A DNA stretch of 64,000 bases from NCBI GenBank assembly GCA_031277035.1, contig JAISLY010000004.1, forward strand, positions 26,980-90,979. The letters are read 5' to 3'. The position numbers and the translations under genes were made by a program. The notes beneath the pieces were generated by a model. It made no database searches, had not been told where the DNA came from, and saw nothing but the letters and a program-made list of their open reading frames with translations. This DNA comes from Coriobacteriales bacterium (GTDB lineage Bacteria > Actinomycetota > Coriobacteriia > Coriobacteriales > UBA8131). Shown here in pieces: positions 53,764 through 61,728 of the stretch. Within the stretch, counting starts at the first letter, position 1. Each line of letters begins with the position of its first letter.

Positions 53764-55245
53764 ATGAAAGAGATTACCAATAGAGCGCCGCTGCTCAAAG
53801 TCGCCGTCGCCATCCTTTTGGCGCTCGGGCTGATTGCGATTGGCTTTGGTATCGTGCGAGGCGCCACGAGCAAAAGCTCGCCCACCGATGCCATGCGCGG
53901 CGTGGTCTTTATCTATTCTGAATTTAATGATGGAGAGGATGACTGGATTGCTTCCGGCACGGGCTTTTTCGTTGGCGTGCGCGGACAAAACCCGCGCTAT
54001 GTCGTTACGAACGGGCATGTCATAGAGGAAGGGGATACCTACGACGGGGAGATACGCGTCTACTTCGACGCGTTACATGACGACTACATCGTGCCGACGA
54101 TTGCCTGGGTTGATTACCGCAAGGATCTCGCAATCCTCGACCTTGGCACCACGACCGACAAACGCGTTGCCCTGCCCCTGCTGTTTCGCGACGCGGTGAG
54201 CAAGGGCGAGCAGGTCTATGCGCTTGGCTATCCCGGCGCGTCTGACAGCTCCAAGACCTTCTCCCCCAAGGACGGCAGCGACATCACGATTACCACCGGA
54301 ATCGTGGGGGAGATCATCGAATCCGACCGGGTGCACGCTATTCAGACCGATGCGGACGTGGCCCCCGGCAATTCGGGCGGCCCGCTTGTCAACGCGCAGG
54401 GCGATGTCGTTGGCATCAACACCTGGAAGTCGCTTGAGACGGGTTCGATGACCTTTGCGGTGGCTATTGACGAGATCGTGCCCGCCCTGGATGAGGTGGG
54501 TGTGGCGTATTCGGTCGCGAATCACACCGACGTGCTGACAATGGTCTGCACGATAGTCGGTGCGGTTCTGGTCATCTTTGGCCTGCTGCTCGGCCTGATG
54601 CTGCTTCGCGCCCGGCGCCGTTTGGCAGATGAGCGGGCCGCCTCGGCGCTGTCCGCCGCCGCCGCCGCGCACGCCAACGCCCTGGCCGCCGCGGACACGG
54701 CGACGCGCAACGCGGCAATCGCCGCGCAGGCCGTTGCCGACGCCACTGCCGCAAAGGCCGCGGCAGACGCGGCGATTGCCGCAGCGGCGGCGCAGGAGGT
54801 GGTCAGGGAGGAGATGGCCGAGGCGGCCCGCCGCGCCCAACAGGCCGCCGAAATGGCCGCGCAGCAGGCCGCCCAGCAGGCCGCGCGCAGCGAGGCTGAA
54901 GCAGCGCAGCCACTCTTTCAGCCGGTTCTCGTCGGTCTTGTCGGACAGTTTGCGGGCGTCAGCTTTGACCTGGACACGCGTCTGAATATCGGCCGCGACG
55001 CCTCGCGGTGCAACCTGGTATTCGACCCGGATGTTCCGGGTGTCTCCGGCCTGCACTGTTCGGTGTCCTATGACCGCGTAAGCGAGCGCTTCAAGCTTGA
55101 GGATCACCGCTCAACCTACGGCACCTTCTTCGGAGCCGGACAGCGGATTGACCCCGACCGCCCGGCATTTCTTGCCGCCGGCGACAGCTTCTACCTGGCG
55201 AGTCGCGACACCAGCTTCCAGGTCGCCTTCCGACCCGAATCGTAG
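53764..55245 (+). CDS. Membrane protein: N-terminal TM, trypsin-like (S1) serine protease domain, second TM, Ala-rich coiled-coil region, C-terminal FHA domain
   Basis: Triad contexts TNGHVI, DLAILDL and GNSGGPL. TM VCTIVGAVLVIFGLLLGLMLL. FHA: NIGRDASRCNLVF...VSGLHCSV...STYGTF. Confidence 0.85.
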   Translation: MKEITNRAPLLKVAVAILLALGLIAIGFGIVRGATSKSSPTDAMRGVVFIYSEFNDGEDDWIASGTGFFVGVRGQNPRYVVTNGHVIEEGDTYDGEIRVYFDALHDDYIVPTIAWVDYRKDLAILDLGTTTDKRVALPLLFRDAVSKGEQVYALGYPGASDSSKTFSPKDGSDITITTGIVGEIIESDRVHAIQTDADVAPGNSGGPLVNAQGDVVGINTWKSLETGSMTFAVAIDEIVPALDEVGVAYSVANHTDVLTMVCTIVGAVLVIFGLLLGLMLLRARRRLADERAASALSAAAAAHANALAAADTATRNAAIAAQAVADATAAKAAADAAIAAAAAQEVVREEMAEAARRAQQAAEMAAQQAAQQAARSEAEAAQPLFQPVLVGLVGQFAGVSFDLDTRLNIGRDASRCNLVFDPDVPGVSGLHCSVSYDRVSERFKLEDHRSTYGTFFGAGQRIDPDRPAFLAAGDSFYLASRDTSFQVAFRPES

Positions 55246-55258
55246 CAGGAGACCAGCC

Positions 55259-56137
55259 GTGCGCTTCGATTACGCGCAATACACCTACCTCGCTCCACAC
55301 CTCGGCAATCGGCGCACCAGGTCGAGCACGATACGTCTGCAAGCGGACGACGATTTGTTTGCGGCGGTCATCTGCGAGGGGCTTGGTGGGCCGGATCAGG
55401 GTGAGACGGTCGCCCGCTTTGCTGCTGAGAGGATACGGGCGGATATACGTGCGGGACTGGCCGCGAATCCGTCGGCGGGCTCGGCTTCGGGCCTAGCCGC
55501 GAATCCGTCGGCGGGCTCGGCTTCGGGCCTGGCTTCGAGCCTGACCGCGAATCCGTCGGCGAATCCGTCGGCGGGCCAGTCTGCCGATTTACGCGCCACT
55601 CCCCAAGCCTCGCTTGCGCCCGCCCTGCTCCATGCCCATCAGGCACTCTGCGAACGGCAGCTCGTTGAGCCCGCGATGCGCACGGCGCGCTCGACCGCGG
55701 CCACCTTTGCGCTTGACCCAACATCGGGCGCGCTCAGCTGGGCGACTATCGGTGACAGTCGCGTGTATCTCTTTCAGAACGGAGCGACAGGCCTCCTCAG
55801 CCCCGACGACAGCGCCGGATACGCCGCCTATCTGCGCGGCGAGACCGATTACGAGGGTATTCGTCTGCTTGATTCGCGTGAGGTCCTGACGGCGAGTCTT
55901 GGCGAGCCGAGCGAGCCGGTGGCGCACGAAGGCGTGGCTCGGTTTGCGCCCGGCGACGCGCTGCTTGTGTGCAGCAATGGGTTTTGGGAGTACGTCTTTG
56001 ATCTTGAGGCCTGGATTGACCTGCAGAAATCAGACAGCGCCGAGGAGTGGCTGCGCCTGATGCTTCTGCGTCTGGTAGAACGATCCTGCCTGGCGGGCAA
56101 CGCCTTCTGTGCGGTCGTCTGCCGGGCCCTGGAGTAA
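55259..56137 (+). CDS. PP2C-like protein with substituted metal-binding residues (probable pseudophosphatase)
   Basis: ICEGLGG where xDGMGG is expected. GDSRVYL is retained. CSNGF where CSDG is expected. AGNAF where xDN is expected. GTG 55259 follows AGGAG. Confidence 0.7.
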   Translation: MRFDYAQYTYLAPHLGNRRTRSSTIRLQADDDLFAAVICEGLGGPDQGETVARFAAERIRADIRAGLAANPSAGSASGLAANPSAGSASGLASSLTANPSANPSAGQSADLRATPQASLAPALLHAHQALCERQLVEPAMRTARSTAATFALDPTSGALSWATIGDSRVYLFQNGATGLLSPDDSAGYAAYLRGETDYEGIRLLDSREVLTASLGEPSEPVAHEGVARFAPGDALLVCSNGFWEYVFDLEAWIDLQKSDSAEEWLRLMLLRLVERSCLAGNAFCAVVCRALE

Positions 56138-56140
56138 AAG

Positions 56141-56350
56141 CGGGCGGCGACAACGGGCTCCAGCGGGCGGCCCCAGCGAGCGGGCGGCGACAACGGGCGG
56201 CGACAACGGGCGACAACGGGCGGCGACAACGGGCTCCAGCGGGCGACAACGGGCTCCAGCGGGCGGCGACAAGCGAGCGGGCGACCCCAGCAGGCGACAG
56301 CGGGCTCCAGCGGGCGGCTCCAGCAGGCGACAGCGGGCGACGACAGACCG
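56141..56350. repeat. Tandem short-unit array (ggcgacaacgggctccagcgggc variants) with about 14 GGG tracts on the sense strand
   Basis: Read directly. It fills the gap between the PP2C-like gene and the kinase gene. Confidence 0.85.
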
Positions 56351-56378
56351 ATTTTGAGTGCTGCGAAAGGGTAGTGTG

Positions 56379-58376
56379 ATGGACATCGACTACAGCAGAC
56401 TGTGCTACGGCTGCTTTCGAGAGAGAGGCAGTTTGGGAAGCACCCCGTCGGAGCTGGCCCCAGACGATGCGGTCTGCCCACACTGCGGCTTTGATGCGAG
56501 CGCTGAGCCAATCTATCCGCTGGCCCTGCAACCGGGCAGCATCCTCAACGGGCGCTACCTCGTGGGACGCCCCCTGGGGCAGGGCGGCTTTGGCATCACG
56601 TATCTGGCCTTTGACATGACGCTGCAGATCAAGGTCGCCATCAAGGAATTTCTGCCCACAGGAATGGTCAGTCGCGACAGCGACCGTTCGACGGTCATCC
56701 TGCTTTCACGGCGCAACGATGGTGAGTTTCGGTTTAACAAGGAGAAGTTCCTCGACGAGGCGCGCATTCTCGCCCGACTTTCGGACGCGCCGAATATCGT
56801 AAAGGTGCAAAACTACTTTACAGAGAACAACACGGCCTATTTTACGATGGAATATGTCGACGGCATCAGCCTCAAGGAACGTGTTGCTCAGCAGGGCGGC
56901 CGTCTGCCCTGGGAGCTTGTGAGCGGGTATCTGTTGCCTATCGCCAGCGCTCTGGTTCAGGTGCATGCTGAGAACCTGCTGCATCGTGACATCAGCCCCG
57001 ACAACATCTATCTTACCAGGAAGGGCACGAGCAAGCTCCTCGATTTTGGCGCCGCGCGCTCATCGGGAGGAGACGCGCGGAGCATGTCGATTATCCTCAA
57101 GCACGGGTTTGCGCCTGAGGAGCAGTATCGCACCCACGGCAGACAGGGCCCGTGGACCGATGTCTATGCCCTGGCCGCTACCTATTACTACTGTCTCACC
57201 GGCACGCTGACGCCCGATTCGATTGACCGCCTGCATACCGATACGCTTGTGGCACCAAGCCAGCTTGGCGTGAACCTGCCGCCAGGCGCCGAGGCAGCGC
57301 TGCTCAAAGCTCTGGCCGTGCATGGCGATGACCGCTTCAGGGACATGCAGGCCTTCATGGATGCCGTGACCGGGAAGGTAGCGCCGCTTGAGCCGTCCGT
57401 GCCGCCCACCTTCGCGGCTTCGTCCGTGTCGTCCGTGCCGTTCGTGCCGCCTGCTCTTGCGGCCACCCACTCCATTCCTGTCGCTCAGAGTCCCGCTGTC
57501 GCACCATCCGCCCCCTTCGCCGCCGCAACGTCCGCCGCCGCAACGCCCGCTCCCGCAACGTCGCCTGCTCTCACCCCCGCTCCCACCGCCCCCGCCTTCT
57601 CCACCTCCGCTTCTACCAGCTTTCGCGCCGCCCCCGCCCACACTGCCCTGCCCCCCGTTCCCGCGAGAAAGCCAACGCGTCTGCCGCTTCTCATCGGCGG
57701 CTCAGCCGTGGCCCTTGTCCTTGTCATCGCAACCGTCGCGCTGCTCCTCTTCAATCCCTTCTCGGGCTCGTCAACGACGGGGCAGGGGGCGGCAGACAAC
57801 GGGAACGCAGCCGTCCAGGGGCCGTCTGGCTCTGGCTCCGGCTCCGGCTCCGACTCAAACGGCTCCGGCTCCGGCTCCGAGGGCTCCGACTCCGAGGCTG
57901 GCGGCACCGACAACGGCCGCGTTGAGGAGGTGCCAACGGTCAGCGGGTATTATTACAGCACCGATGTGCCCATCGCTATCATCTCCTCCGCCGGCTGGGA
58001 GATTGACGACAGCCAGGGCAGCCTGACGCTCACGAGCCCCTCGGAAAGCGCAGTCATCAGCTTCTTTCAGGCTGACAACATGAGTCCGGCGACGTTTGCT
58101 CTGCAAAAGACGGTCATGATGGAGACCGCTGCCGAATCCTTTGACGCCTTGAGCTATGAGTTCCTTTTTGAGGAGAACCGCATTATCTCGGGCTACGACT
58201 TCTACGTCCTTGCCTTCACGATGGAGATAGACGACGAGGTGTACGCGGTCTGGTATTACGTCACTTCGGATAACGTGCGCGGCGGCATCGTTACGATGTG
58301 GCTTGAGATGCCCGACGCGACCGACACCGACCGTGCGGATATGGAAAGCATGCTCGGCTCACTCCTTGTGCTGTGA
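56379..58376 (+). CDS. Hanks-type Ser/Thr protein kinase: N-terminal CxxC...CxxC zinc ribbon, kinase domain, Pro/Ala linker, TM, Ser/Gly linker, uncharacterised extracytoplasmic domain
   Basis: GQGGFGITY, VAIKEF, HRDISPDNI, DFGAAR and APE motifs. TM LLIGGSAVALVLVIATVALLLF. Confidence 0.88.
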   Translation: MDIDYSRLCYGCFRERGSLGSTPSELAPDDAVCPHCGFDASAEPIYPLALQPGSILNGRYLVGRPLGQGGFGITYLAFDMTLQIKVAIKEFLPTGMVSRDSDRSTVILLSRRNDGEFRFNKEKFLDEARILARLSDAPNIVKVQNYFTENNTAYFTMEYVDGISLKERVAQQGGRLPWELVSGYLLPIASALVQVHAENLLHRDISPDNIYLTRKGTSKLLDFGAARSSGGDARSMSIILKHGFAPEEQYRTHGRQGPWTDVYALAATYYYCLTGTLTPDSIDRLHTDTLVAPSQLGVNLPPGAEAALLKALAVHGDDRFRDMQAFMDAVTGKVAPLEPSVPPTFAASSVSSVPFVPPALAATHSIPVAQSPAVAPSAPFAAATSAAATPAPATSPALTPAPTAPAFSTSASTSFRAAPAHTALPPVPARKPTRLPLLIGGSAVALVLVIATVALLLFNPFSGSSTTGQGAADNGNAAVQGPSGSGSGSGSDSNGSGSGSEGSDSEAGGTDNGRVEEVPTVSGYYYSTDVPIAIISSAGWEIDDSQGSLTLTSPSESAVISFFQADNMSPATFALQKTVMMETAAESFDALSYEFLFEENRIISGYDFYVLAFTMEIDDEVYAVWYYVTSDNVRGGIVTMWLEMPDATDTDRADMESMLGSLLVL

Positions 58377-58400
58377 TGATGGACTTCCTGTCGCGGGGTG

Positions 58401-59564
58401 CTACAGCCCCACGTATTCGGCGTAGACGGAGAGGGCGGCGGCTTCGTCAGGAACACCCTTGAGCATCATGCGTCCGTCGGCGAAGAGCTTGAAGCGCAGC
58501 GTGCCGTTGTCAAAAGTAAGCAGGTAGGGGCTGAGGAGCACATCTCCCTCGCTGCGCAGGCGTTCGGCGAGCCGTGCGAGGTCGCACGAGGCGTCTGCCT
58601 TCTCGCCCGGCACCCCACTCTGAGCTTTGCCGCGTGCGGGCACTACCTGGTATTCGTCGCGTCCGCAGAGCGCCGTGGAGTTGCTGCCCCGGTCCGTGTT
58701 GAGCAGTTCATAGCTATGGCGGCCGCAGGTGGGACAGTCCGGTTTGCGCTCAAAGGGAACGAGGGTGCCCTCGGCATGCCACAGGTCTATATCGATCAGG
58801 CCGCTCGCTCGCTCTGCCTGCGCGCCGAGTATCAGCTTGAGCGCCTCGGTCGTCTGAAGGCTTGCCACCAGCGTGCTCACGGTGCCGAGCACACCGGCGC
58901 TGGCGCAGGTCGGGTAGCTTCCCGGCAAAGGCTCCCTGGGCGACAGACAGCGAAAGCAGGGCGTTTGACCAGGAACGATGGGAAAGACCATGCCGCTTGT
59001 TCCGAGCACGCCGCCATAGACCCAGGGGATGCGCAGGCTGTCGCAGGCCTCGTTGAGCAGATAGCGCAGCTCAAAGTTGTCCGAGCCGTCAATCACGAGA
59101 TCGATGTCGGCAAGCAGCGACTCGATGTTCTCACCGCTCACCTGCGTGACGCGCGGATCGCAGGCGACCTCGCTGTTGATTGTGCGCAGGTGTTCGGCCG
59201 CCGCGATGGCCTTCGGGGTAGATGAGGCGGCGTCCGCCTCGGTGTAGAGACTGCTGCGTTGCAGGTTGTCCAGGCTCACGTAGTCACGGTCAATCAGGCG
59301 CAGGAAGCCGCCTTTCTGCGCCGCGCCGCTGCCTTTCTGTGCTGCGCTTCTGCCCGGCGCGCCTCCGCCCGCCGCGCCGTCCGCTGCCGTATCGCCTCCC
59401 GCCGCGCCGCCACACCCAACGCCGGCGCGCGCCAGCAGCGAGGCGCTGGTAGAACCGAGCGCGCCCATACCGACGATGGCGATTCGGGCGGCCGCCCAAC
59501 GGCGCTGTCCTGCCTCCCCGATTTGCGGAAGAACAATCTGGCGACGGTAACGCCGTGTGTCCAT
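58401..59564 (-). CDS. ThiF/MoeB/HesA-family E1-like adenylyltransferase with a Gly/Ala insertion
   Basis: RYRRQIVLPQIG, VGMGALGS, CxxC pairs (CFRC, CPTCG) and a C-terminal FADGRMMLKGV...YAEYVGL domain. Start taken at MDTRRY (59564); the track start at 59651 overlaps the divergent gene. Confidence 0.8.
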   Translation of the reverse strand: MDTRRYRRQIVLPQIGEAGQRRWAAARIAIVGMGALGSTSASLLARAGVGCGGAAGGDTAADGAAGGGAPGRSAAQKGSGAAQKGGFLRLIDRDYVSLDNLQRSSLYTEADAASSTPKAIAAAEHLRTINSEVACDPRVTQVSGENIESLLADIDLVIDGSDNFELRYLLNEACDSLRIPWVYGGVLGTSGMVFPIVPGQTPCFRCLSPREPLPGSYPTCASAGVLGTVSTLVASLQTTEALKLILGAQAERASGLIDIDLWHAEGTLVPFERKPDCPTCGRHSYELLNTDRGSNSTALCGRDEYQVVPARGKAQSGVPGEKADASCDLARLAERLRSEGDVLLSPYLLTFDNGTLRFKLFADGRMMLKGVPDEAAALSVYAEYVGL

Positions 59565-59629
59565 GCAGCCCGCCTCCCTCGCCACGAAACGCCTGAATCG
59601 CAAACTCGTAAAGTCAGTATAATAGGCAT

Positions 59630-60463
59630 ATGGATTTTCGAACAGCGGCAATCATACCGGTAGCGGGCCAATCCACGAGGATGGGGGCCTTCAAACCGCT
59701 CATCGAACTTGACGGTGAGCCGCTTATCCGTCGCACCGTGCGCTCGGCGCTTGCCGGTGGCGCCCGGGAGGTGCGTGTCGTGCTCGGACGCGAGGTGGAT
59801 CGCGTGCGCGCCGCTCTCGCCGATATGCCCGACGTCGTCTTCGTGGAAAACCCCCTGTATGCTTCAACCGATATGTTTCGCTCCGTGCAGATGGCGATGA
59901 GAGACGTGGGCGTTGCGGATGCTCGAATGTTGCGCGATGCGATTCTTGGCAGGGCAAAAGGGCCCCTCGAATGTCTGCGTACGCGCCTGGCCGGCCATGA
60001 GCCCGATGCCCTGTTCATCCTGCCGGGCGATGTGCCTGCGGTTGCCCCCTCAACCTTTGAGGCCCTGGCGCAGCGTGCGGCCGACCCCCTGTCCCCGCCC
60101 TTGCTGCGGCCGCTCTATCAGGGGGGACACGGCCACCCTCTGCTGGTGCGCAGGGAGGCGTACCCGGCGATTCTTACCTTTGAGGCCAGCATCGGGAGCG
60201 CGGGCGGCGCAGATGACGACAGTGGTGCGGGCGCGGGCGGCGCGAGTGGAGCTGCCGGAGCGAGTGGAGCGGGCGGTGCTGATGGCCGTGGCGCCACGGC
60301 AGGCGGTGGCGCCACGGCAGGCGGCGGCCTGAAGGCGGCACTTGCGGGCTTTGTCCTCGAGGGAATCGAAGTAGCGGATGAGGGCGTATTGCTCGATGCC
60401 GATACCCCCGCCGATCTCACCCGATTGAAGGAGTATCTCACCGCGTTGGAAAGCCGGGGCTGA
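59630..60463 (+). CDS. MocA-like nucleotidyltransferase (molybdenum cofactor cytidylyl/guanylyl-transferase family) with a Gly/Ala insertion
   Basis: AAIIPVAGQSTRMG..KPL N-terminal signature and LPGDVP. Confidence 0.75.
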   Translation: MDFRTAAIIPVAGQSTRMGAFKPLIELDGEPLIRRTVRSALAGGAREVRVVLGREVDRVRAALADMPDVVFVENPLYASTDMFRSVQMAMRDVGVADARMLRDAILGRAKGPLECLRTRLAGHEPDALFILPGDVPAVAPSTFEALAQRAADPLSPPLLRPLYQGGHGHPLLVRREAYPAILTFEASIGSAGGADDDSGAGAGGASGAAGASGAGGADGRGATAGGGATAGGGLKAALAGFVLEGIEVADEGVLLDADTPADLTRLKEYLTALESRG

Positions 60464-60579
60464 CACAGATGCCCGCTTAGCCGGGCGAGTATCTCACCGC
60501 GCAGGGAGGCACCAGGAGCTCGCCGCTGCGACGCCGGGGTGCACAGCCAGGGGCCGTTCGGTCCGAGAAGGAGGATGCC

Positions 60580-61668
60580 ATGTCTATCACAGAGCTGTAT
60601 CGGCGCCTTGAACAGGCCCTGCAAACGGGCGTAGCGGCGGCCATCATCTCTGACTATGGTGTTGACGGCAGCGTGCGTAAACGCCTGGCCATAGCCTCCG
60701 ACCAGCAGATATGGGCAGAGGTCGAGAGCCTTGAGGCTGCGTCGGGCGCCCGTATCAACGGTCCGGTGACCAGCCTTACGAACTCAGAGGGCAGCCTGAC
60801 CCTCATTGAACACTACCGTACCAAGCCGCGATTCATTATCCTCGGCGCAGGGCATATCGCCGCAGCTCTCGCCCCAATCGCAAAGGCTGCCGACTTTGAG
60901 GTGCTCGTCTATGACGACCGCGCCTCGTTTGCCAACAGCCAGCGCTTTCCGGATGCCGATGCGGTCATCTGCGACGGGTTTGACCGTGTTTTTGAGCGCA
61001 TCGAGCTGCGGGAAAGCGACTATGTGGTCATCGTGACGCGCGGCCATCGGCACGACACCGACTGCCTCCGTGGCATCCTTGCCCGACCGGAACCCGCCTA
61101 TACCGGCATGATTGGTTCCAGACGGCGTGTGGCCATTGTCATGGATCAGTTGCGGTCGGAGGCTTCAGAAGCGGTGAGCGACGCATACGACGCATACGCC
61201 GCTCGCATCGAACGCGTTCATTCGCCCATCGGTCTGAGAATCGGGGCAGTTACGCCCCTCGAGATTGCCATCTCGATTATGGCCGAGGTTATTCAGGTAA
61301 AGCGGATTGAGCGCAAGGAGGCCCAGTATTCCTCGTGCGATCCTGCCATCGCCGAGGAGCTTGCTCTGCGCGGCGATGCCTACGATGCAACGATTACCAT
61401 TGTCGAAAGCAGCGGTTCTGTGCCCATCGAGGCCGGCGCCAAGCTGGCCATGAGCTATGCGGGCAGCATTGCGGGCACAATCGGCGGTGGCTGTTCGGAA
61501 GGTGAGGCGATGCAGGTCGCGCGTGAGCTTATCAATGAGAACGGCGCTCGGACCTGGCGTCTTTACACCGTGGATATGACCGACAGCGCCGAAGAGGACG
61601 GCATGGTGTGTGGAGGAAGCATGAACGTGGTGGTGGAGCTCGTGCAAAACGGCGCAGAGGAGGCATAG
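60580..61668 (+). CDS. XdhC/CoxI-family Mo-hydroxylase maturation protein (YqeB-related)
   Basis: RFIILGAGHIAAALAPIAKAADFEVLVYDDR Rossmann segment, VIVTRGHRHD and GSRRR. Confidence 0.8.
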   Translation: MSITELYRRLEQALQTGVAAAIISDYGVDGSVRKRLAIASDQQIWAEVESLEAASGARINGPVTSLTNSEGSLTLIEHYRTKPRFIILGAGHIAAALAPIAKAADFEVLVYDDRASFANSQRFPDADAVICDGFDRVFERIELRESDYVVIVTRGHRHDTDCLRGILARPEPAYTGMIGSRRRVAIVMDQLRSEASEAVSDAYDAYAARIERVHSPIGLRIGAVTPLEIAISIMAEVIQVKRIERKEAQYSSCDPAIAEELALRGDAYDATITIVESSGSVPIEAGAKLAMSYAGSIAGTIGGGCSEGEAMQVARELINENGARTWRLYTVDMTDSAEEDGMVCGGSMNVVVELVQNGAEEA

Positions 61669-61728
61669 CCGCCCGCGGCAGGGCAGGGGCGCGGCAGGGG
61701 TGCGGGAAAGGAGGGGCAGGAAGCGCAG

